Assembly (NCBI GenBank): GCA_964016885.1
Contig: OZ024740.1
Coordinates: 404,984,001-405,048,000, forward strand
Origin: Eledone cirrhosa
Lineage: Eukaryota
Direction of reading: 5' to 3'
Length of the DNA stretch: 64,000 nt
Part shown: piece after piece, positions 51,813 to 64,000 of the stretch
Layout: each line of letters opens with the position of its first letter
How positions within the stretch are numbered: position 1 is the first letter of the stretch
Program-made: the position numbers and the translations under genes
Notes under the pieces: model-generated
What the model was told of the DNA's origin: nothing
Database searches by the model: none
The model's input: only the letters and a program-made list of their open reading frames with translations

Positions 51813-52618
51813 AATGTTTACATTTATCTAAAAACCTTCCATCATAATTGTATGTAAACACCAAATTAATGAGAAAGTTAGTTATATTCCTAAATTCCTT
51901 CAAATTCTTGATTCTTTTCAAAATTATTTCAAAACTGTAAGTAGTGTCTATCATTAGATAGACAATGAAAAGGTTATAGTAACACAATGGCTAGGAAGCT
52001 AACTTATCACACAAATCTATCAGATGAACTGGAAATATATTTTCCAGCATAGACAAGTGGAGTTAACTTTAGTCTAGTAATGCACTGTAACATTTGTGAT
52101 AGCCCAGGGAATCAAGATATAAGGCAAACATTTTTGATGCAAATTTAAGTGTGAGCTTCTGAATCTACTCAACATACTGTATATACTTGTATAGAAGCCG
52201 AGAAATATGTGACCAAAACAATTTGAGTCAGCTTGCATTCGAGGTCAATATTTTTCTGATTTTCACCAACTTCAAATTCTACCTAAAATATTTTTGCTTT
52301 GGAGGTAAATATTGTTCTGGTTTCACTAACTATGGAGGTGAAATTTGTTTTCCCCAATGTTTTTGATGTTTTGAATAAATTTGACCTTCAAAAGTCAGAA
52401 ATTGGTAAAAAGATCATTACATAATGGAGTTGTGAAACAAAAACTAAATGTTAAACAACACATAAAACATTTTAAATATCAAAATATTAAAATTTTATAA
52501 ATATTCCTCCACTAACGAGAATTTCAAAACTGTATCATCTAAACATAATGGATTAATTAGCTGCCTTAGCTTATAAAAGGGGTTTGGTAATATATCATGC
52601 TTATTGGCCCAAACCCAT

Positions 52619-52834
52619 TTAACCCTTTTAGATACCAACCTGCCCTAAAACTCATCTATTAAAATGTACAAATTTAAATTCCCACTTTTGACTAAACTCT
52701 TATTAACTACTGAAATCTAATACATGGTGTGTAATAGATATTTGTTGAAAATTATTTCATTAAACCTCTCCTAATTATTTTAATTAAAACACAAAAGCAG
52801 CATATTGTTAAAAGCATGGCAAGGAAAAGGTTAA
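52619..52834 (+). mobile_element. Older TTAA MITE family B
   Basis: ttaacccttttagataccaa...catggcaaggaaaaggttaa. Confidence 0.7.
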
Positions 52835-53195
52835 ATTAAGGTTAATGAGTGAGTCTATTAGGGGAGTAAAGTTTGTTAATAATTAGTTTTCTCATCACTT
52901 GCTTAATTAGTTAACTTGGCCTTTATATATTTTTCTCTCTCTCTTCCTTCTCACTTTCTTTTATTTGTAGTACATTTTCTTCATCATGCTCTGTCTCTGT
53001 TCTTACATTCATAACTATTTTCAATTTTATATCAATTTTTTCACGTTGCATAAATTTGGACAATACTACAAATGCATATATTTACAATTTAAAAAAAAAT
53101 GAAATTGATTTATGACTGGGTATCTTTTCTGGTATCAACTGCCACTTTATGACTGCATGATTTGGTTTCTTTTTCATCATCATCATCATCATCGT

Positions 53196-53402
53196 TTAAC
53201 CCTTTAGCATTTGCATTATTCACGGTAAAGGCTTTACCTTACATAATTATCTCACATAATATCAAATTTATGAGATTTAGATATTATTTATTTTGAGAAC
53301 AATACTTTAATATTGGTATGAGTGGCTGGTTATCGCCAGTTTGAACAGAAGAGGTGAGAGAATTCTGGCCGGATACAATCAGTTGGAATGCTAAAGGGTT
53401 AA
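53196..53402 (-). mobile_element. TTAA-flanked MITE family A inserted in an orphan RTE-type tail
   Basis: (cat)n-cgt-ttaa[MITE]ttaa-catccatcttccacg. Confidence 0.9.
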
Positions 53403-55659
53403 CATCCATCTTCCACGTTAGTACCACAAGGATGGCCAGTTGTTCAATTAGAGCAAGGCATTAAGACTTAACTCTCCCTCCCTCTTACACAATCTATGTA
53501 GTATTAACCTTCAAATTGAAATCCAAGGCTGGTTGTTTTGAAGATTCTAGGTTGCCTAGATCACCAAAATCCAGTGGGACCTAGAGGAGAATACATTGTT
53601 TGACCTTTTGAAGAACTAATGGAGATCATATTTATTGGTGGGTGTTGGTGTGTGTGGGTGGGTGGGAGAAATTGGCATTTCCTATCAATTTTACCCGCTA
53701 CACACTATTTCACATCAACAGTGCTTAAACAAAGCAAAACCTAAGTGATTTAGTTTGCTTGGATCAAACTATAACATAGTTTATTTTGAAATGGAATATA
53801 AAAAAATACTGATTTAGAAAACCATGGCAATGCAGTTGAGAATTATATTAAGTATAATAATTGTTTCTACTTTAGGCACAAGGCCAGCAATTATCCAGTG
53901 CATTATTGTTTATCTTAAAACATTTTATCTTGATATTATGGCTTAATTCATCTAAGTCTGTATAATCGGGTAAAGACTGCATGTGAGTGTGTAGAGATGA
54001 GATTGTATTTTGCATTCAATGGTGTGTTAGGTTTTTGTATCTTGGAGTAGAAACTGTGTGGATATGGAATGCAGGGACATCTGCATTGTATTTTACATAT
54101 CACAGGGGCCAGTAGCTGGATTAGTCAATGTATTTCATACTATTCATATTTGCTGTTGATGGAGGGCTTGTATTGTTTGATGAGGATTGCCTTCATAATC
54201 TAGAAGTTCCCAACATGAAGTAGAAGTATGAATAACAAATGCTACAGCCCAATAGCATGTGGCATTGAATAAGATGATAAAAGGGAGTTAGTAGCCTCTG
54301 ATGCGCTGATAGGATTAGGAGTTATTGAAAGGAGTATTAGTCATATAATGATTAAAGACTACTCAGATGGTTCACTGAAAGTAGTTCTACTAAAAAAAAA
54401 CTTGTCTGTCCCAAGCCTGTAGTAGCATAAGGTCAGTGCTTATACAGGATACCAGTTGATTGCAAGGATCACCCCCAGCTCCTACTGATACATATTGTCA
54501 GCTGAATGTACTTGAGCAGTGTGAAATTAAGTGGTTTGCTCAAAAACACAATGCACCACCCAGTCCAGGAATTGGACCCACAAGATTGTAAGTCTAATAC
54601 CTTAACCACCAGGCCATAACCAATGTGAAAATGGGAAAGTAGTAGTTTTAGGAAGCTGTTGTTGTCCTCAGTGCATGGTGATATCTATCTTAGTTGTGAC
54701 CTTGAAGCCTAAGTGATTAGTGTAGATGTGAAAAGAAAAGTTGTTTATAATTTGTTGGATGCACAACATGCCTTCTCATGAAAGGCTGAATATCGGTGAC
54801 TGGGTAACAAAGGTATTGTCTATGTGCATAAGGTGTCTACGCTGGTATGGTGATGTAATGTATATAGATGTTACTTGCTGGATGAAAATAAAACAAGTTA
54901 ATGATGGTGGGTATACAAGAGATAGAATCAGAAAGAAATGGAGTTAGGTCTCAGAATGCAGGGCTCACAATTGATATATTATTGGTTTAAGATAAATAAA
55001 AAATTCTGTATTGCAGACCCATCCAACCTATTAGTTCAAGTCTGCCACAAGCCTGGAAGCTCATCAAGCCAGTTATCCTCTGTTTCAGTGGTGTTAAGCA
55101 ACCAAGACTACAAGACTCCCTCTTTCTGGACAAAACACCAGTCCATTACAGATACAACCCATCACTAACCTGGAAAATATGTTGTAATACCAATAAATTT
55201 GAACTTGGGCCCCCAAATTTATTGTAATTTTACCTGAATGTTATATCTTGGATAACAAAGGTACTGTTTGCTTGTACTGATAGTTTTGCTATTCTTGTTG
55301 CTGTTATAACAGATGACAGTGAGGATGGATCTTATGTCAGTTTCAACTATGAGCATTCAGTTGTTTGATCAACTCAAATTAACATGGAGTTGGTTGAGTA
55401 TTCCACAGACATGTACCCGAAACATAATTCCTAAGCCGAATCAGTATGAGATATAGCTGAACCTTTGTATTACAGGTACATTCCAGCAAACAGTCTTCCA
55501 TACAGTTTCTGTCTATTCAATTTTCTTCAAGGATATGGTAAATGACACTAGTCCAAGATGCCACATCATGCGGTCAAGCCCAGGACCTTTTGATTGTGAA
55601 GTAAATTTCTTAACCATTTGGCCATGTTGCGTAACATAGATATGTTGCACAGGTGTTAA

Positions 55660-55800
55660 GATACATAGCCTAGTGGCTAGTGTGTTGGACTCACAATCAT
55701 AAAGTTATCAGTTCAATTCATGGCCCAGGTGGTGTATTGTTTCCTTGGGCAATACACTTCGTTTCCTATTGCTTCAGTTCACTCAGCTAGAAAAGAATGA
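55660..55800 (+). mobile_element. Decayed tRNA-headed SINE
   Basis: tagcctagtgg A box, cagttcaattc B box, ccttgggcaatacactt core. Similar relics at ~19325-19445 and 54495-54620 (-). Confidence 0.6.
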
Positions 55801-56269
55801 TTACCAATAGAAAATGACTCGTGTTTAGTTCACAGAAGAGTCTTTTCATGATAGGACTGAGGCTCCTATTATTAAGACATGAGAAGCCTCCAATGAGATA
55901 CGGTCTCATAGGAAACCTGCTAAATCTAATGTGAGCTATAATATATAAAAAATATGTGATGCTTCAGTATGGCTGTTTTAGGTGCAGTTTAGCAGTCAAG
56001 ATATATTGTATCTCTTTGTCTTCTGTTCAATTTATATGCATATGTTCTGGTACATCCACCGAATAGAGCAGAACGATGTGCTTGTTGTTAGTTAGTGAAC
56101 CAATTTAAAATTTACCAAATATACAAAAGCTGTTTCTGAAGTTGTTACTAAATTTACAGTTACTATTGTTAGTCTATTCTTTATAATGACAATCACTCTA
56201 AATTTGCTTTGAATTTCATGCAACGGTTCCCAGAAACCACTATTGATTGAACTATAAAGTTATCACACT

Positions 56270-56303
<34 letters not shown>

Positions 56304-56573
56304 TATTATATATAGTATACACATGTACATTGTATGTAGCTTGTATTTGAGTTGTATTTTCTATTTGTCATATGTTTGTTGTTAAACCTGGGTAAATATG
56401 AATAGTACTAAATTCAAATACTCAATTAAGTGTGGAAATACATGTAATACATTATGTATATGGAGTAAATATTTGTACTTTTACTCTCGCTCTTTCTCAC
56501 TTTCTCTCTTTCCCTCTCTCTCTCTATATATATATATCTATCTATCTATCTATATATATATATATATACATAT

Positions 56574-56916
56574 GGAGGCACATGGCTTAGAGGTTAGAGC
56601 ATTGGGCTTGCAATCGAAAGGTTGTGAGTTCAATTCTCAGACCGGGTGATGTGTTGTTTCCTTGAGCAAGACACTTTATTTCACATTGCTCCAGTTTACT
56701 CAGCTGTAGAAATGAGATGATAGCGACTGGGGTCCCTATCATTCCACTGCAAAGTGGTCGTGGAGGTGCCATGGAAAAAAAAGCACCCAGCACTCACTGT
56801 AAATGAGGTTGGTGTTAGGAAGGGCATCCAGCTGTAGAAATCAAGCCAGAATCAGTTCCCGTCTCACCCTTGCAAGCAGGGAAAAAGCGGACGTAAAATG
56901 AAATGATGATGATGAT
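56574..56916 (+). mobile_element. Young tRNA-headed SINE with RTE-B-derived 3' end
   Basis: A box tggcttagagg, B box gagttcaattc, ccttgagcaagacactt core. The 3' part matches the RTE-B 3' UTR; tail atgaaat(gat)n. Confidence 0.92.
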
Positions 56917-56974
56917 TTCTTCCTAATAATCGTCTCTTTCTCCCTGTTTTCATATATATATATATACATATTCA

Positions 56975-57275
56975 AGCATGGCTGTGTTGTTAAGGAGTTA
57001 GTTGTATTTACAATCACATGGTTTTCTGTTCAGTCCTAGTAAGTACCACCTTAGGCAAGTGCCTTCTATACCTTATGAATGAAATTTTGGAGTCAATGAT
57101 AATGATCAGCTTCTGCAGTTTTTGTGTGTTGATGTCAGTGCTTACATTTATGTCCTGAAATGTAAGTTTGACAAATACAGATTGATAAAATAAAGACCAG
57201 ACTTGATAAAATAAGTATTGGGGTCAACAGAATCAAATCCTTGAAGGCAATGCTCCAGCATGGCCACAATCTAAT
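56975..57275 (+). mobile_element. Decayed SINE sharing a 3' motif with the CR1-group LINE
   Basis: ccttaggcaagtgcctt core; ends ggcaatgctccagcatggcc, similar to ggcggtgccccagcatggcc at ~7260-7279. Confidence 0.55.
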
Positions 57276-58289
57276 GGAAGTCATCCAAACATTAGCCATG
57301 GCCCACAAGTCTGTTTTTTCAGTTAAACTATACTACATTCTCCAATATGTAGTAATTAATGGTATGAGGTATACTATTCCTCTGTGCTTATTGTTGATGT
57401 GCATCTAACTGGGTTTTGGTGTAACTGCCATAAAATTACATTTAGAATCAAGATTAATGATAAAAGGAAGGGAACATTTGGGAATATATTTTCCAGTTAC
57501 TTATATAACACATCAATGGAAAAGATGCTTCAATACCAATTGAAAGATCAATAGTTTAACACTTTCAATACAAAACCACCGGAAACTGTTTCTATGATAC
57601 AAAACTGTTTTAAAGTGTTTATATTTTTCTAAAAGCCTTAAAACACAATTTTATGTAAGAACTTTGAAGATATGTTTCAAACACCAGCTTAATGATGAGG
57701 AAGTTAGCTATTTTACTAAATCCTTCCAAATTCTGATTATCAAAATTATTTGAAAATATGTATTATCTCTCAGGGAAAATATGTATTATCTCTTAAGGAA
57801 AGCATTAAATTTTGCAACTGTTTTTCAATTGAATCTTAAAGGGAACAATATTACAACAGTTGTTAAACTATATCCAATTGAAGACATATGATCTTCAATT
57901 CACATCAGACCCATTATCTTCAATTCACATCAGACCCATTAAGCTTTGGTACATTCTGGGTGGGCACTCTTAATAATTCTAATAATTCTAAAGCAGTTTT
58001 GGAATAAGCATATAACTGTAATCTTTTTTTCTAAATCTCAGGATGCACCATTGAAAAAGGGGAAGTGTCATTGTCCCCCCCCCCCCCACCCCAATAACAA
58101 TTGCTCTGCAAAATAATGTTGCATATAATAATAATGTTGAATGGGTCTGGAGAACAATGCATTGAAAAACTAGAAAATACCTTAACTTGAAATCTTGTAT
58201 TTTTGTTATTGCTTGTTAAATACGAAAGTTTTTGGCGTATTTTACTAAACAAATCTTGTAGTTTTGTTATCGCTTGTTAAATACGAGGA

Positions 58290-61200
58290 TCTCACTTAAA
58301 CCTATTCTTCTCGCTAACAACTCAACACCCCTCCCTCCCGCCCCCAAGCACCACCATTATTATTACGTGGACCAATCGTAAGCCAGAGGCCTATACTATC
58401 GTTTACCTGGTCGCCTTCGATATGTAGGATGGAAGGACTACGGAGTTCCGGAGAGTTGAAGAGAGAAAAATCTGGACGCTCAGCGACAATGCCAAAGATA
58501 AAGACAAACACACCTCGTGGACGAGAATGCGAGCATTCCTCTTTGTTTCGGCCGCGGATGGCTAACATAACCCCATTTTCCCCCCGCTCCCCACCGCTCC
58601 CACCCTCCAAACGCAATCCCAAACTTCAGAGTTGGTACCTTGAATGTAGGCACCTTAAAGGGTCGCTCTAACGAGGTTGTAGAAATGCTTGAACGTAAGG
58701 AGGTCGATGTTTGTTATATTCAAGAGACCAGGTGGAGGGGTGGATCTTCTAGATTCATTGTGGGTAGAATACGATGCTATAAGCTTTTCTGGGTGGGAAA
58801 TGACAATGGGCTGGGTGGAGTAGGAATCATGGTAGCAGAAAAGTGGGCAGATAAGATAATAGACGTAAATAGAGTGAACGACAGAATAATTAAAATAAGA
58901 CTTGTCCTCAATAGAACTACGGTGACGGTAATATCTGCGTACGCACCCCAATCCGGACTGCCCATCACTATAAAAGATAGATTCTATGAGACACTGATGC
59001 TCACTACCTCCCAAATAACCGACAGTGACTATATAATTATTGCAGGCGACCTAAACGGTCATGTTGGACAACATTGTGACGGCTACGACGAAATCCATGG
59101 AGGCTATGGGTTTGGTACTAGAAATGAGGAAGGCTCCAGAATCCTGGAATTCTGTGACGCAAATAACCTAACTATCTGCAACACTAACTTCAAAAAACAA
59201 GACAATCACTTGATCACCTACAGATCAGGGGAACATACCAGCCAGGTAGATTATATCCTTACCAGAAGACGTGACAGAGTGACTGTTGTAAACACTAAAT
59301 CCCTCCCCCATGAAGAATGCACCTCCCAACATAGACTGATAATTAGCGACCTAATAGTCAGGACGAGACGTACTAGACAACAGAAGAGGACTATCCTCAG
59401 GAGAAAAATATGGAAGCTAAAGGATCCCACAGCCAAAAATAAATTTCAAAGCATATTACTTGATGCTTTCGACAGTAAGGAAGAGCAATTAGAGTCGTAC
59501 AAGGTAGAGGAACAGTGGGAATTCCTGAAAGCAAACCTGCTGATGGCGGCAGACGAAGTCTGTGGCTGGAGCAGGCCTGTAGGCAGGAGGAGAGTAACAT
59601 AGTGGTGGAACAGTAAGGTGGAGGAGTCAATTAAGGCCAAAAAGCAGGCTTGGAAAGTATGGCGGGATGGGGGAAGCAGAGAAGACTATCAAGTGGCCAG
59701 GAGGGAAGCTAGGAGACAAGTGTACTTCGCAAGAAGGGAAGCAGAGGAAAGAAAGTTCAAGCATGTTCTACAACGAGAGGACCAAAAACGTGAGGTGTTC
59801 AGGATTGCTAGGCAATGTGTCAAGGAAAACAGTGATATTGTCGGGGAGAAGTGTGTACTTAATGATGACGGCGTACTTGCCATCACCGACGCTGATAAGA
59901 AGGTAGCTTGGAAGTGTCACTATGAAAGGCTACTAAATGAGGAGAATAAATGGGAGAAAGACAGTCTCCCCCACATCGACTCAATAGAGGGACCAACAGT
60001 GTTAGTCGAGGGTAGTATCATAAGTAAGGCAATCAAAGATATGAAGACGGGTAAGGCAGCTGGGCCTTCGGAAATAGTTGCCGAGATGCTGAAGGCATCT
60101 GGTACGGTGGGACACACCATCGTCACCCGGATAGTCAACCAAGTCATACAGAATGGGGTTGTTCCGAAGGACTGGCATAGCAGCATCATAGTTAACTGTT
60201 ATAAGAGTAAAGGAGATGCCCTAGATAGGAGTAACTATAGAGGCATTAAATTAATCGACCAGGTCATGGTCACGGAAAAAGTAATAGCGCAACTAATCAG
60301 AGAGCGAATTGATCTAGATGAAATGCAGTTCGGGTTTGTGTCAGTAAAAAGTACCACAGACGCTATTTTCATTGTACGACAACTACAAGAGAAGTACCTA
60401 GCTAAAAGTAAACCCCTATACTTAGCTTTTGTTGACTTGGAGAAAGCCTTTGACAGAGTCCCTCGCTCCATTATCTGGTGGGCTCTTAGAAAACTAGGTG
60501 TTGATGAATGGCTTGTGAGAGCTATACAAGCCATGTATAAAGAAACAGTCAGCAAGGTTAGAATTAACAACGAATATAGTGAAGAGTTTAGTGTAAAAGT
60601 TGGTGTTCATCAGGGCTCTGTTCTTAGCCCCCTACTATTTATTATTGCCCTCCAGGCTATAACATTGGAGTTCAAGACTGGCTGCCCATGGGAACTCCTA
60701 TACGCAGATGATCTAACGCTCATAGCTGAATCAATGGCCGAGCTAGAGAAGAAATTCCAAACATGGAAGCACGGCCTAGAATCAAAAGGGCTTAAAATTA
60801 ACCTGGCTAAGACTAAAGTTCTAGTTTGTAAGAAAGAAAATAAGGCGGCGGTCCCCTCCGGGAAGTGGCCATGCTCAGTGTGTAGGAAAGGCGTAGGTAG
60901 AAACTCCATTTTGTGTCCCAAATGCAAAGTATGGGTGCATAAAAGATGTAGTGGGATCACAGGTAAGCTAACTAAGAACATAGATTTTACATGTGGCCGG
61001 TGTTCTGGGGCAATAAGTAGCAGCAAGTGCCCCAAAAATACTATCTCTTTCAACTGCTCAGAGGGTTCTATAGAAATAGTGGACAGCTTCCGTTACCTGG
61101 GTGACAAAATCAGCAGTGGGGGAGGGTGCTCTGAAAGTACAGTAGCTAGAGTCAGAACTGGGTGGAAAAAGTTCAGAGAGCTTATACCTCTACTAGCCGC

Positions 61201-62028
61201 TAAAGGGTTCTCCCTAAAAATGAAAGGCAGGCTGTATGATGCCTGCATACGAACAGCAATGTTGCATGGCAGTGAGACCTGGGCATTGTGTGCAGAGGAT
61301 ATATGCAGACTAGAGAGAAACGAAGCTTGCATGCTCCGCTGGATGTGTAATAGTAATATACGTGAACGGCAAAGCATAAACGAACTAAGGAAAAAATTAG
61401 AAATAAGAGGGATCAGATGTTGTTTACTCGAGAGAAGGCTACGTTGGTATGGTCACGTGATGCGCATGAAGGACGATAGCTGTATAACAAAGTGCAGGGC
61501 AATAAAGATAGACGGTAGCCACGGAATAGGCAGACCCAGAAAAACCTGGGACGAGCTGATAAATTCCGACCTCACACACTTACACCTCTCCAAGACAATG
61601 TCACTGGACCGAGACCTTTGGCGGTACTCAGTAATAGAGAAGACCCGCCTTACCTAAATACAAAGTAAAACCTACTACATTCAGTAGGCATCTCTAACAA
61701 AATACACCCCACCCCATCCACACAGCCCCTTTCAATGTAAAGTTATGTTGGTGCCACAACATCCAGGCCGAAACAAATGAGATCGTGTAGGTGTCACGTC
61801 AAAAAAACACACAGTCCACGCTGTAATGTGGCCGTGTAGGCAACACGGTAAAAACCTCCCAGACCCACACTGTAAATGTGGTTGGTGTTAGGAAGGGCAT
61901 CCAGCTGTAGAAAACCCGCCAGACAGTCCTATGCGAGCAAGACAACCACTCTTGCCTCAAGTGGGAAACCCCCGTCCAAACCCATGCAAGCGTGGAACAC
62001 GGACGTTAAACGTTGATGATGATGATGA
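58290..62028 (+). mobile_element. Near full-length RTE-clade LINE family A (5' UTR, single APE+RT ORF, 3' UTR, (GAT)n tail)
   Basis: APE motifs TLNVGTL, IQETRW, SAYAPQ, AGDLNGHVG, QVDYIL, SQHRL; complete RT. Disabled by a frameshift near 58627 and a TAG at 59600-59602 (VT*WWN versus VTWWWN in family B). The 5' boundary is approximate. Confidence 0.95.
58429..61657 (+). pseudogene. RTE ORF (endonuclease-reverse transcriptase), reconstructable with two corrections
   Basis: ORFs 58429..58671, 58640..59602 and 59618..61657 join across one frameshift and one nonsense codon. Confidence 0.85.
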
Positions 62029-63544
62029 TACAATTTGTTTTATTAGATCATCATCATCTTCGTTTAACGTCCATCTTCCACGCTAGATTAAATATGTAAG
62101 GATGGTTGGGGTGGGCACAGTGATACCCCTCCCCCACCCCACCCCACTCTCACCCCTTGGTGATAGACCTGATTCATACATAGTTCGTTAGTATTGAAAT
62201 TAATTAAATATTAAAAAAAAAAAGCTCTTGCTCTAACAATTTACTTAATATCTGAGTTTTCAAAGCAATTTAACACATGATAGTATATAAACATGATGGT
62301 AAGTTTGTTACATGCTAGTAATATATTCTATATAGATTGCTATTGTTTGCTACAACCTAAACTGGACAACTCAACAAGTCAGCTTGTATATAGATACTTG
62401 ACTTTCTAGGGATAGCAGTCAAATTCGAGTCACTCATCATCATCATTTAACATCCATTTTTCATGCTAACATGGGTTAGACGGGTTGTCCCATTAGAGGC
62501 AAGTTGGATCTGGTGGTCATGTCTTCCTCATATTCTGGCTAGGTTTCTATGGCTGGATGACCTTCCTAACGCCAACCACATGGGATACATTGGGTAATAT
62601 ATCTGGATCTAAAGAGAAGCTTCTTCCATACCACTGTGGAATCAATGTTATTGTACAGATCCACATGTTGGACACTCACAAGACACCTAGAGGCAAGACT
62701 TGGTGATGATTACACCTACATGTTATGAGCCATTCTGAATATCTCTTGAAAAGAGTATCCAACTAGACAAAGACTATTGACATCATTACAGAAAAATTGT
62801 CATACAGAGAGGGAAACGTTTTGCAAGACATTGCAGTAGAACTTAGCAAGAACTCTTTACTGATATACTATGGTCACCACAATAAGAATATACATGGGTC
62901 ACCTGTCCAGAAAAACTTTCACTGACCTGCTCTGTTACTCTGACATTTCAAACATTATGTGGGAGCAAGATAGGTGACTAATATGACCTAAACAACGTAA
63001 GTGTAAATAGAAATCTAAAAAGCTATGTTACCTCTCTCATAATTTTTTCTTTTACCACATAGTCAGGAAGAAAAAGGTAATGCTTATTTATGACACTATT
63101 TTTTTAGAGCCTCCTAGACCGGTTGAAAGAAGGGAGAAAGTTATCTTCAAACTGAAGTCCTAGCCCAAATGCTTGCTCTGTTGCAATTGAGAGAGTGATG
63201 TTAATTCTCTACTAAAATATATATATATATATGTTTCTATATCAATTAGTCAAGACGAGTAATGAGATAAAACAGGTGAATCTAGTAATGGCATTTATTA
63301 ATGTAGCAACTTATATTTAATGTAAACTATATGCAATATCTATTATCTGTCTAATTGCTGGGTGTGGCATCTACTGATATATATGTATATAAACAACCAG
63401 ATGCAATCAGCTATGGTTTTGGTTTTTATATTCATAGAAAATTATGTATTCAAAATATATTTCCAACTATAATCATTATCTTTTCTGTTCAGACCTGGTG
63501 TATATAAGAGAGAATGATTTTATTTTCTGTAACACCTTGTTCAC

Positions 63545-63860
63545 ACCATTATCATTATATCTGTTTTTTCATGCTTGGATGGGTTAGATGAATCCTCTCC
63601 AGTATAGCATCTATTCACTTGTTTCTTTCTATTGTAATCTCCTTTGCGGTTCAGTTTCTTGAGATCAGTTTTCACCAACTCTACACATGCTTTTCTTGGC
63701 CTTCCTTTTCCATGGCTTTCTTCCATTCAGGACTTCTGTTATTTCCCCTCATATACATAATCCATATACATTACATGTCTGTACCAGTGCAACCTTCTCT
63801 CCTGCTACACTCCTCTTATGCAAAGTTTTTCTCTCAGCTTCATTGCGCACTCTCTCTCTA
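63545..63860 (-). mobile_element. Decayed RTE 3' fragment
   Basis: EESHGKGRPRKAC.ELVKTDL and an RTE-like tail aacccatccaagcatgaaaaaacagatataatgataatg. Similar relics at ~31560-31830, 42630-42730 and 54640-54950. Confidence 0.6.
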
Positions 63861-64000
63861 TCTGTCCCTGTCTTTCTGCCTGTTTCTTTCTTTCTGTCTC
63901 TCTCTCTCTCTCATTATCAGTAGTTTTAAGATAGAATCATGCCTCGATCTAATGTATCTATCTGTTTTTGGAAACTGTAGGATGTTTTAGAAATAGATTC

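Noticed and set aside
56574-56650. tRNA gene
   Set aside because: A/B boxes are present but run into SINE core and LINE-derived tail; this is a SINE head.

Overview
This is repeat-dominated, AT-rich eukaryotic DNA with no convincing host protein-coding gene. The repeat content suggests an octopus or other coleoid cephalopod (inference): (GAT)n-tailed RTE LINEs, tRNA-headed SINEs and very long TA/TG arrays. Bases 1-14.3 kb form an island of young retroelements nested in TA/TG microsatellites. It holds three RTE-family-A copies, a CR1-group LINE, a Penelope-like element (RT + C-terminal GIY-YIG) with an inverted 5' part, a ~410-bp near-perfect palindrome, and a ~315-bp TA-flanked insert carrying a canonical minimal hammerhead ribozyme (13854-13908). 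The rest contains three RTE-family-B copies and a near full-length RTE-A (58.3-62.0 kb) whose RT has an embedded C4HC3 PHD-type finger. It also contains seven copies of a TTAA-flanked MITE that nests reciprocally with RTE sequences, several SINE families sharing 3' ends with LINEs in the same window, and decayed Gypsy, BovB-like, Expander-like and Vingi-like relics. Most long ORFs in the ORF track are microsatellite or antisense artefacts. All family assignments come from motif recognition by eye; no database search was run.
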